Source: Azolla caroliniana (lineage: Eukaryota; Plantae; Polypodiophyta). From it: DNA of 64,000 nucleotides. The notes under the pieces were generated by a model. The model saw only the letters and a list, made by a program, of their open reading frames with translations, did no database searches and was not told the origin of the DNA. Where the stretch lies: the NCBI GenBank assembly GCA_043228905.1, contig JBHGNT010000001.1, positions 19,902,001 to 19,966,000 of the forward strand, in the 5' to 3' direction. Both the position numbers and the translations under genes were made by a program. Below are positions 11,472 through 23,015 of this stretch, one piece after another; position 1 is the first letter of the stretch; each line of letters begins with the position of its first letter.

Positions 11472-14400
11472 AACAACCCTAGATCTGTACAGCCCATTAG
11501 TAGTTCCATTCCTTCCAAGCAAGTTAGCAATGTGTTCCTAGCCCAAGTCATTGTTAGTACTAAAAGTACTTCCCCAGTACCCGTCCTAGCACTTTTAGAT
11601 TCCGGAGCTAACTCCTGTTTCATGGATCGAAATTTTGCCCAAGCTTCTCAGATATCCTTAAGAAAACTTCCTTGTCCCGCATCTGTAGTAGTCATTGATG
11701 GTCGTCCCATTGCTTCCGGGAATATTGTAGAAGAATCAGAACCCATTCAAGTTGTCCTAGGTAGTTTTGTGTGTATAATATCATTTAATATAATTAGTAG
11801 TCCAGAGCATCCCATTGTCCTAGGATTACCTTGGTTTGAATTACATAATCCAGCCATAGATTGGAGAACAAGTCCGATATCGACCACCCCAAGAATCAAC
11901 TCACCGAGTTTCGACCATTTCACTCCATCAACTACGCGAAGGACCCAAGGAGGCAATGTTCCTATTTGCCATATCAGTACATCCTTCCAACACTATTAAG
12001 AAGGACTCCTCAGTACAACTTCCGGCCAAATATCATCCTTATGCCGATGTATTTGACAAGGTAAAAGCCGGTACCCTTCCTCATCACCGTCCCTATGGCT
12101 GTCCCATCGATTTACAACCAGGAACCGAGCCACCATGGGGACCAATTTACAACTTGTCACCCACCGAGTTAGAAGTCCTTCGAGCCTACATAGAGGAGAA
12201 CTTGGCAAGCGGGTTCATCCGTCATTCGAAATCTCCGGCCGGTGCACCTATCTTCTTTGTCAAGAAGAAAGATGGCTCACTTCGTCTCGTCGTTGATAAC
12301 AACGGATTGAATAAAGTCACCATCCGGAATAGGTATGCACTTCCTCTTATATCAAGTTTTTTACTAAAATCGACCTACGAGGAGCGTATAACCTCGTGCG
12401 GATCCGATCGGGAGATGAATGGAAGACCGCCTTTCACACGCGGTATGGGCATTTCGAGTATACTGTTATGCCGTTCGGCCTAACCAATGCACCCGCAGTC
12501 TTCCAACACATGGCAAATGATATATTCAGAGACCTCTTGGATATTTGTTTGATCATCTATCTGGATGATCTATTGATTTATTCGAAGACCCAGCAAGAGC
12601 ACGATTCTCATGTACTATTAGTACTAACGCGACTCCGCGAGAATGGTCTTTATGCCAAGCTAGAAAAATGTAGCTTTGACTGCAAGCAAGTGGAATTTCT
12701 AGGCTACGTCATCTCCTCAAAAGGCATCGCCATGGATCCAGCTAAAATCCAAACTGTACTAGAGTGGCAAATTCCATGGTCGGTATGAGATGTACAATGT
12801 TTTCTAGGTTTTGCTAACTTCTACCATAAGTTTATACAGGATTACTTGAAGATTATTTTACCTCTCACACAACTTACGAAGAAGGGCCAAGCATTTCTTT
12901 GGTCCATCAAAGCAGATATGGCTTTTCGGCATCTTAAGAAAACCTTTACATCAGCACCGATTCTAGCTCATGTGGATACAAGCAAACCATTCATCATGGA
13001 GGCCGACGCATCAGATTTCGCCCTCGGTAGCATCCTTTCTCAACAAGGAGATAAAGAAGAGTTGCATCCGGTGGCTTTCCATTCGCGCAAATTTGATGTC
13101 ACAGAAATCAATTACGAAATACATGACAAAGAGTTATTAGCCGCCATCGTGGATTCATTTGTGAAATGGCGGCATTTCTTAGAGGGCTCTCCACATCAGG
13201 TCATTGTCTTTAGCGATCATAAAAATCTTGCTTATTTTCAGAACGCTCGCGTACTAAATCGACGGCAAGCTCGGTGGGCGCAATTCCTCACGCGTTTCGA
13301 ATTCAAAATCACATATCGACCGGGGAAGCAGCAAGGAAAAGCAGATGCACTATCACGGCAGTCATATCTTGCACCTCGTCCTGGTGATGCAACATTTGAT
13401 AATGAAAAGCAAGTAATCTTGGGACCAACACGATTGCACATGACGCGGATTTTTCACACCCCGATGGATTCACGGATTACCGATGACATACGTGCAACCT
13501 TGAAGACGGATAGTTTTGCTCAAGACATCTTGCACCTCGTCCTGGTGATGCAACATTTGATAATGAAAAGCAAGTAATCGTGGGACCAACACGATTGCAC
13601 ACGACGCGGATTTTTCACACCCCGATGGATTCACGGATTACCGATGACATACGTGCAACCTTGAAGACGGATAGTTTTGCTCAAGACATCTTGGCGCACA
13701 TTGATACTTCTCGGGCATCCTGTTCTCAGTCTCAACAACCAGGTATTGACTACCGACAATTCGAATAACATGAGGGTTTGTTATTCTTTAAAAAGCGCGT
13801 ATATGTCCCCGATTGCTCCTGTCGCCTTCAAATCATCCAGCATTGTCACGACACCCATACGGCGGGACATTTCGGTAGTACTAAGACGTTGGAGCTAGTG
13901 CAACGATCTTTTTGGTGGCCCCACATGCGCCGTTTTGTAGACGACTACGTTCAAACCTGTGATGCTTGTTGCCGAGCAAAGATGCCACGACACCATCCAT
14001 ATGGCTTGTTGGAACCCTTACCGATTCCAAGTAAGCCGTGGCACTCTATTTGTCTTGATTTTATCACAGATCTGCCGGTCTCAAAGGGGTTCGATGCTAT
14101 CCTAACCGTCGTCGATCGATATACGAAAATGACACATTTTGTGTCGCGTACTAAAGCCATCACTAGTGAGGAAACCGCCGCCCTTGTTATGCGTGAGGTA
14201 TTTCGGCATCATGGCCTCCCAGATAAGCATCATGGCCTCCCAGATAATATCATCAGTGATCGAGGACCGCAATTTGTCTCCAAATTTTGGCAGCATCTCT
14301 TCAAGATGCTCAAGGTCTCCTGCAACCTATCCTCCGGCTACCATCCTCAGACTGACGGGCAGGCGGAACGAACAAACCAAACACTGGAGCAATATCTCCA

Positions 14401-15150
14401 GTGTTTCCTGAGTTATCAACAGGATGATTGGGTCGAGATTCTCCACTTTGCGGAGTTTGCGTATAATAATGCTATTCACTCCTTGACTCGGGTCTCCCCA
14501 TTTTTCTCTTATACCGGTTCTCATCCTCGCTGGTCGGTGATCGACACCCCGGAGCTACCTACCAATCCTCGTGTCGGGGATCATTTGGAGAGACTACGCA
14601 AGATCCAGACAGATCTCTTGACTCATCTTCGTCATGCTTAACAAACGCAGAAGAATTACGTAGATCGTCATCGGCTTCCCTCCTCCTTTGCCATCGGAGA
14701 TCGAGTATGGTTCTTACGTCGTCACATCAAGACTACTCGACCGTGCGACAAGTTGGATTATCAACGACTCAGTCGTTTCCGTATTACGGGTAAGGTTAAT
14801 GATGTCACATTCCGCCTTGATCTCCCTCCGCAGCTTCAGATACATCCGGTTTTCCATTGTTCTCTTCTTGAACCTTATAAAGCAAACACCATTCCCGATC
14901 GTGTTACACCACCGTCGCCCCCGCTGGAGTTGGACGCCGGCCCAGAGTATGAAGTTGCTGCCATCCTCAATTCCAAACTTGTTCGCAACAAACTTTATTA
15001 TTTGGTCGATTGGCTTGGTTATAGTCCAAGCGAACGTACTTGGGAACCCGTCGAGCATGTTGCCAATGCTTAGGATCTTCTTGCTGATTTCCACCGAAAG
15101 TATCCAGACAAACCCGGTCCGCAATCAGCGTCGACTCGTTCCACTCGTCG
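11436..15150 (+). pseudogene. pol: Chromovirus 1 pol (PR-RT-RH-INT-chromodomain), with frameshifts and stops
   Basis: [57 protein letters not shown]...YLVDWLGY...TWEP. Confidence 0.93.
13366..13692 (+). repeat. 161-bp tandem duplication within pol
   Basis: gcacctcgtcctggtgatg recurs at 13371 and 13532; ATCTTG microhomology at the junctions. Confidence 0.9.
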
Positions 15151-15168
15151 TCTTTAAGGGGGAGATAG

Positions 15169-15621
15169 TGTCATGATATGGCAAGACTCGAACCCATGAC
15201 CTTATGCTACATGGGTCGAGCTCTTACCATTAGACTATGAATTGTAATACGAAGGATATTATTTTCATTTATGCTTTATCATAGAAAATTGATGTATATT
15301 CCAGATCTCTCTGGAACATTCTAGAAGCTTCAGGATTATTCCTGAGAACACTATAAAAGAGGGCACTAGGCATTATGTTGAACCAAATTGGTTCAACGCC
15401 AGTCTTAAGCCTTTTAGCAATTTTGTACTTATCCTTCACATAATATATTGGTTGTCATCATCATCTCTCTCTCTCTCTCTCATCCTCGCTATCTCTCCTT
15501 TCGCTTCTCTCTTTCTCTCTCTCTCTCTCTCAAGAGTCTTACGCAATCCCATCCTCCTAGTACTAATAGTACTACTCTTCTTTAGTACTAATTCCATCTG
15601 TGCTTAGTACTATTCCTGACA
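15169..15621 (+). repeat. 3' LTR of chromovirus 1
   Basis: Near-identical to 9764-10214. Confidence 0.97.
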
Positions 15622-17038
15622 GTGTCGAGGATAAACATCCTCCCGTCTCTGTGCCCTTGCGCAATAATCTGGCCCTCTTCCTAGATGAAGCACCCAAGGT
15701 GCATAAACCGCACCTGCATCCCCTGGTCGACGATCTGTCCTACGGACACTAGGTTCTTCGTGATTGTCGGAACGTGTAATACGTTCATCAACTTCCCCTT
15801 CTGTCCGACGTGGATCAAAGGGACTTCTCCGACATGCACGATTGGGTGAGGAGTGTCGTCTCCGGTTTCGACTACTCCTAGTTGATCCGGTTTTTCCAAA
15901 AAGGACAACCACTCTTTGTCGCTCGTCATGTGGTTCGACGCACCGGAGTCAACATACCACACTTCCTCTAATTTGGAAGTGGTCTTCTTCATCGAGTTCG
16001 CCTCGTGCTTCATCACCAAGGCTGGCCCGTTACCGTTCTTCCGATCCCTTCGTGTAGTGCGAGCTTTGTCGGCCATCGTTGCCGGCGTTGCCGGATCCGG
16101 ATTTGTCCGAATCGACGCGTTTTTTCCAGCACTCGCTTTCTCTGTGGCCCTTTTTGCCACAGTACCAGCATTCCATTGCAGATTTGTGTTGTCGGCCTCC
16201 GGCACCACCTGACTCCCCCTGCTTGTGGAGGTCCCGGAACTGTTGTGCCTTCTTTCTTGCTCTTGTCGGCCACCTCCATTGCGTGCCGACCTGCCTCATC
16301 CACCACTCCCATGGGACCGATCTGCCTCCGTGTACAACATCCGGCTATTAGTGGGTGGGCTAGTTGACGCACCGGCGTGGTTCTCCTCTACAAGGAGCAT
16401 CGACTGTAAGTCGAAAAATGATAGCGTATTCTCCCTTGTACACACTGCCGTTCGGAACGCTCTGAACTTCGACGCCAGGCCCCCAAGACAGACACGTACC
16501 ATCTCGTCTTCCTCTACAGTAACGTTGATAGAGGCAAGCGAGTCACATATCTCTTTGATCCGGACTGTGTAATCCGCCATCGACATGTCCTTCTGTCGGA
16601 CATTGCCCAACTCCTATTGGAGTTGCAGCTTCCGGGCTGTTGTGCTCGTGGCGAACACCTTCTTTAGGTTCCCCCAAGCCTCCTTCGGCGTCTTGGCGTC
16701 TCGGATGTGGCTCAGCAGCTGGTCTCCGACACTAGACGCGAAGCAGTACATCACTCTGCTTGCCGATTGTTCCCACACTTGGAAGTCCTTATGTGCCGCA
16801 TCAGGTGCTGTTTCGTTGGCTCCTTCGACGAAACTCTAGTAGCCATGCCCAAGCAGGTACTGGTGCATCTTATACGACCAAGATGCATAGTTGGATCTGT
16901 CGAGTTTCTCCACAGGGAGTGAGCTAGCCATCCCTTTATCCATCACTTCTCTGTCTGATGTTTTACGACCTATTAGGGTTTGTTGTCAAGCATTTGTCGG
17001 TTGCAAAGGAGGTTCTCAACCCTCGCGCTCTGATACCA

Positions 17039-17439
17039 TGTAAACGATTACTTGAGGAAGCGTTAGAAAAATAGAGAAATTAGGGAAAACACAGAGTACG
17101 CGGGAGAGACAGAGAGAGCAGAACGTAAAAGCTATATTCAAAAACGATATATGCCTCTGTCGTTTACAATTGTGCTCAGTAGCACTATTTATACAAGTCC
17201 TCATGGGATTGACAGAAGTACCGCGTACTACAATGCTCGCACGAGCTTCTGACACTTACTACGAGACTATAATTGCCTAGTAGTCTAAACTAATACTAGG
17301 CTTCCGGTTACCGATTGGACCCGGCTAACCGGCTCTCCAGCTCACCGGCTCTGTTGCTTGTTGGCTTACCGATCCGTCTCGCTTGCTGGCTCAGGCTTAT
17401 TGAGCCGATCCGGCTCCAGTTGAGCTTGCCGCTTCAACA
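17039..17439 (-). repeat. 5' LTR of copia A copy 2
   Basis: Direct repeat of 6201-6589; iMet PBS adjacent. Confidence 0.95.
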
Positions 17440-17599
17440 GATTCGAAGAAGGAGCACTCGACGGCTCAAGAATCCTCATCCCCACCTTCTGCTTTGAGAG
17501 CTCCATCAACTTCGGGATGTGAGCTCTCGGCACCAGAATCGGCTTGAGATTCCACGGTACATGCGGTAACAACCTGAAAAACTTTGCCTTTCTTCCTTT

Positions 17600-18200
17600 A
17601 TAATTTGAGAAATTCTCATCTATCGAAGCATGTCTCCAAGTTCATCTATTGTAGCTCCCCCGTGGGTTGAACCACTTCGTCATTCCTCAGTCTTTGGGCT
17701 TGTGGTTCTTACCTTTCGTTATGGTTTTTTCGACCAATCTGAATTACAGTACTCGATCTTGTCTGACTCTCCCATTGTCGATGCTTATCAAAATGCCCAC
17801 ACGCTCTCTTCACTACTGCCCAATCTGAAATGAGACCTTCATCGTTTTCCAGCAATAATCCAAGGTCTCTTCGGTCTTTCACATCTATTGCTTTAATAAA
17901 TAGGAGCACCTTGCTAGAATCCAGAATTGTTTGGTCATGTGTAGGTAGACGTTCCAATCTTTGCTCGAATTCGTGGAGCGTCACACTCGCACTCAACTCT
18001 TTGTTAGTAGACTCCAACTAGTCCATTAAATCCTTCTTTGTCACTCAAGATGAGTCACCAAATCCATATTCTTCAAGTAAAATTCGTTGAAAAGATGACC
18101 ATCCAAGATTTTCCTCTTGTAGCTCTAGAACTCGGGAGTATAGACTTCAAGTTATAACCCTCGAGAAGCTTGCCACTTCTCACGCCACACGTGTGTGGAC
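17600..18200 (-). pseudogene. Gypsy gag remnant
   Basis: ORF 17709-18017 (LHEFEQRLERLP...KVLLFIKAIDVKDRRDLGLLLE...DWAVVKRAC) is retrotransposon gag-like. Confidence 0.55.
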
Positions 18201-18399
18201 ATTGCCCCTTCTGAATCTTGTTTGTTTTACGCGATTTTCACATCATTGCTGAAAATCTTTACGACAACGCATAACAACCTTTTCCATCATTGTCTTTTCA
18301 CAATTATAACTAAAAATCTTTTCAAATATTCTTTTTTCATATTAATATTTTTATTTTTATTTTTATTTCCAACATATGTCGATCATTCAATGTGATCTA

Positions 18400-21300
18400 C
18401 CTACCGACTCCGAGTGTCATAGGTTCCTCTGACCCCAATTAGTTCTATCGGTCCTCCAACCCATTTACTCCTAGTACTCGTCTAGGGTCCCCGACAATCT
18501 GGACGGTCGAATCTTTTGGTCGTTCGGGGTCCCCGACATCCTAGTTACCCCTGTGTTGCTCCTACTCCTTGGCTGGATTTGATGGCATTGACGGTTTTAG
18601 TTGGAATCCGTTCACCCATTTGTCAAGTACTTCTCCGGCGAAGGTACATAACTAATACGATCCATTGAATTCCATGATTATCCAATACAACCTAAACCCT
18701 AAACTGGTTCAATAAACTTTGTACCCAGTGTTCTTCGAGTTCGAGCAATTTTTCCAATCTCATCCATTTTGACTCCTGTTCGTTCAGTTGTTCTCATACT
18801 TGAACGTGTAAACTCAGAATTTGGAATTCCATCATCATCACTGCTTCCAATCTGAAAGCCAGTTGGAATGGTGTCAACCGTATTCTTGTCTTATAACTCA
18901 TTCGGTATGCCCACAACGTGCTTTGCGACTTTGTGTCCCAATCTTTCTGATTCTCATTCACAAGGTTCTTCAAAATGTTCTAGAGTGTCTTGTTTGTATA
19001 TTTGGTTAATCTGTTAGCCTGCGGGTAGTAAGGGGTGTTTCTTTTTATGTACGACGGCATAAAACAGTGTCAAGCTCTCTACTACTTGGCCGATGAAGTG
19101 CCCTCCTTGATCACTTATTAATTCAATCGGACATCCGAACCTACACCAAATGTTCTCATAAAACAATTTCACGGTTGACACTAGTATGTTATCTCGTAGT
19201 GCCTTACCCATTTGGTGCAATAATCCATGGCAACTATGATGTACCTATTACAGGTTCGTGTTGCCACTGACTTGAACGGTCTGACAAAATCCAATCCCCA
19301 CTTCTGGAACATTTCTAGTGGTACACCGGATGATGGGGCATCCGCGCTTGTTCCGTGGGTTGACCCATTCTTTGACATAAGTCACATTCGCGGCAATACC
19401 GGATTGAATCTTTCAGGGTGGTTAGCCATCACAAGCCGCTCCGCCAAATCTTCCTGGTTGTTTCCTCTCCGGCATAGAGGCAATCGGCTACTCCGCAATG
19501 AGCTTCCCGTAATACCGCATCCTTCTCGTTGCTTCGGACCACTCGTCTCCATATTCTATCTTCTCCTTTGTGATACAATGTGCCTTGTATGATACAGAAG
19601 TGTCGGCTCCGGACCACTAGCCACTTCTGCTCTTCTCAACTCATTTCTTCTAGTGGTAGGCCGGTACTTAAGAACTGCTGCATGTTGGTAATCCATTTTT
19701 TGTCAGATTGTACCACCTCGGTTGTTGATTTTTCAATTGTGACTTGAAACAATTGGGCGTCCGAAAATTCGTCCTGTATTCTGTCACTTGTTTCCCCCGG
19801 ACTCCAACCAACTTAAGTAAATTGCTACAATGTGTTGGACGCCAAGTTGATGATAAATATCAAACTCAAACTCCCATAGCAGTAGAGTCCATCTAGCTAA
19901 TTTTCATGTTAATGAGGCTTTGGATGCCTAGTATATTAGCGTCGAATGATCTACGTGGAATGAGAATTTTCGTCCCAAAAGATAGTGCCTATATTTTGTA
20001 ACGTTGTATATCATTCCCAATGCTTCCCATTCCATAGTCGAGTAGTTCCGTTCGGCCTTAGAGAGTTTCTGGCTTGTGTGTATACTACCGATACCAGTTT
20101 GGCTCCGTCAACTGCATTAGTACGCTGCCAATAGCAATATCCAACGCATCTACAAAAACGTGAAAGTCTCTTGTCCAATCCGGTAGTTGTACTACTAGGG
20201 CTTGCGATAGCATCACTTTTAAGGCTTGGTAAGCCTTTCCCTCTTGCTCTGTCCATTGGAATGGTATCTGGTGCACCACAACATGTAATGGTATGGAAAA
20301 ACCTAACAGATACCCGAGCATTCGGTTGTGCCACTAGATCTGACCAAGATATTTGCTTAATGCCTTTGCATTTGTGGGTACGGGTGTTGCTAGTATAGCA
20401 TTTACTTTGTTCGGATCTACGACAATTCCATCCTTAATGATGATGTGACTCAATAGGGCGCCACTTGCTACTCTTAATGCACATTTCGTCGGATTCAAGC
20501 TTAATCTTGCGTTCCAACACTTTTCCAAACACAATCGGGGGTGATCCAAATGTTCCATTTTCTGGTTGTACATAACAAAATCATCCAAAAACACATGCAT
20601 GAATTCCGGGATGTATTCCCCAAAGATTTCCATAATGATACGTTGAAATGTTGTGGGCAGTCTTCAATCTAAACGTCATTACTACGACGACCAAGACTCA
20701 CCATTCAGTAACAATTGTTGTCTTTTCTTGATCATCCGGATGCATGCTTATCTGGCTATATTCGTTGAACCCATACAAGAAGCTATATATTTTGTGTCCC
20801 ACGACTGCATCTAGCACTTCATCTGTTATTGTGGTTGCATTCAATTTCCGATAGTCCACGCAAACTCGAATGTTCCCATTCTTTATGGGTACTACCAGAA
20901 TCAGGTTGAGCAAAGTCACTTGCTTAACTAGTCCAATAAAGTCGACTCTTAATAATTTGTCAATTTCCTCCTTTACTTTAACCACATAGTTGGGGTTCAT
21001 TCGGTAGCGCTTTTGAGCTACCGGTTTCGCGTCTTTGCTGAGGTGGATTTGATGTTGATAGAACTTCAGGTCCATCCACTTCATATCTTTGTAGGACCAG
21101 GTGAATACATCTTTAAATTCTTTTAATTGTACCACCATTTCTATTTTCTCATCCGGCCGCATTTCCTTAGCAACGTGTACCGGCCATGGTTCTTCAGTTG
21201 TATCCAGCCAGGTTCACTTCTTCTAGCGTTGATGCTTTTACTCATTGTGACACTACTTCCTCTTTTTCTAACACTTCCTCAGCCTGCCGGAATTCCCGGA

Positions 21301-21525
21301 GAGCTCCCTGATCCGTTCCCGGAGAGCTTCCTGATCTGGAGCGACGATGTCTTCTTCTTTGTTGGTTATGTACGGGGTTATTGCTTCCGCCATATCTATC
21401 TCGAAAGTGGTAGAATCCTTGAGTTCTCTATTTAAAACGGGTTCACTTCTTCATCCGCAATCTTGTCGAGCATGTTTACAACTTCTACATACAAGGGTGT
21501 GAGTTGCTTGTTGGTAGATACTCAT
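18400..21525 (-). pseudogene. pol: Degraded non-chromovirus gypsy pol (RT-RH-INT; Athila/Tat-like)
   Basis: RVCVDYRKLN, VFLDDF, FHVFVDA, FQKWGLDFV...DYCTKWV, RFGCPIELISDQG in gypsy order; no LTRs found. Confidence 0.8.
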
Positions 21526-23015
21526 TGTTGGCATAAAAGGTTGACTCCTTCCACTTTGTATCCTAGTGTGAACACATCCATATAGTTAGGGTTTAGTATA
21601 TAACCTATAACCTAACATTGTAACATCATCCTTCTTGTATCTAGATTCTCTGAGAGTGTAAGAGTCACAGAATAATGATACCTTCCATTAGAGCTTGAAG
21701 TGTGTCTACCTTTCCATTCTTTCTTCTGTCATAGTCTCTATGTTATTTGTTGTACACATAATCGACAGGTCCTCATATACTTTGGCATACATCTCAAACC
21801 CCATCAACATCAACTCGTATCAGAGCAACTTGTTCTTCATCAGCAACAAAAGAGCAAAGAAAGCTGATAGAAAAGACAAGCTCAGTAAAAAATCTCATTT
21901 CTAAAAAAGAACATGGCTTCAACATCCAGTACAGGACTTGAAATCCGGAAGTTCAATGGCAAAAACACTGCCTTATGGAAAGAGATGATGCAGGATGTGT
22001 TGATCATCAAAAGACAGGTCAAAGCCATTCAACACAGTGAAAAACATGCTTCGATGACAACCGAAGAGTGGAGATCAATAGATGAAATTGCGCGCTCCAC
22101 CATCTGTGGCCAAAAATGTATACTTCAGAATGGCCAAGGAGAGAACAACTTTCTCATTATGGGAGAAGTTGTGGGTTGTGTATGAAAAGAACTCCTCATC
22201 TTCAAAATTGATATTGATCAAACAATTGTTCAATATGAAGATGAGAGAAACCAATCCAACCACCTCCCACATCAACGCCTTCAACTGGGTGTTGTCTGAA
22301 CTCTCTTCCCAAGGGATTAACGTCAAAGAAGAAGTTAAAGCCCTTGCCCTCCTACCAAGCTTGCCGGCAAGTTGGGAGGTATTCTGCACAACATTTCCTA
22401 ATAGTCGACCAAATCTATACCTAGAGGAAATAGTCGCACAAGTCCTCATTGAGGATATTAGACAAAAATTGATGGGACTCACCATCAACGAGTTAGTAGA
22501 AGCCCACCACTCGATCGAGCTGGCTGAACCGGCCAGAATACCAATCGGTCAAAAACGAGGGGAGACTAATCGTGATCGAAGTCGAGAACGAGTCGATCAG
22601 GCGAATTTTGCACTCATTGAAGAAAAGCCGGTTACAACATTTCCGATTGCTAGTAGATCAAGAGGAAAGAGAGTGGTCGGCTATCCAAGGGGAATCGAGG
22701 ACAATCCGACTCCAACCACTCTGTAGTCGGCAACCAAGTCAATGTTGCCGACACCCGATCGGGAGAAATCCTCTCCTTAGAGGACTCAATGATTGCACAT
22801 TTCTTCTACAATTCGCAAGATGCACATATGTGGTTGCTGGATTCCAGTGCCACATTCCACGTGACCCCGAACATCGAATGGTTTTCAAACTATTCAGTTA
22901 AAGCCAATGGCACAATCCGACTAGGCAATGGGCAAGAGTGCCAAATTGCCTGGATTGGCAAAGCACCAATCGATTGTGAAATCGCACTATGATCACCCTA
23001 CACCAAGTTCGGCAT

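Larger units (their letters stand above)
9764..15621 (+). mobile_element. Ty3/gypsy chromovirus copy 1 (Tcn1/Tf1-sushi type), full length, decayed
   Basis: LTRs 9764-10214 and 15169-15621; TSD GTGTC; PPT AAGGGGGAGATAG 15156-15168; gag with CLYCSGPGHIAINC, PR LLDSGA, RT YLDD, RH, INT, chromodomain. Confidence 0.97.
6201..17439 (-). mobile_element. Copia family A copy 2, both LTRs present, decayed; hosts chromovirus 1
   Basis: LTRs 6201-6589 and 17039-17439; TSD GATTC (6196-6200, 17440-17444); PBS 17027-17038; PPT 6590-6598; order gag, CCHC (CWYCGKKGHRESEC), PR (WYVDSGAS), INT, RT, RH. Confidence 0.95.
3536..17572 (-). mobile_element. Gypsy element (Phygy/Selgy-like by inference): 3' LTR 3536-4125, pol remnants 4197-6200 and 17445-17572; interrupted by copia A copy 2
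   Basis: LTR tgtga...cgaca; PPT (minus GGTGGGGGTGGA) at 4126-4137; integrase TTTYNPEANGKVERGH; RNase H WIAYIKSLN...ADMLSR; RT N-terminus PHVPWNLKPI...PSSNR continues across the insertion. Confidence 0.75.
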
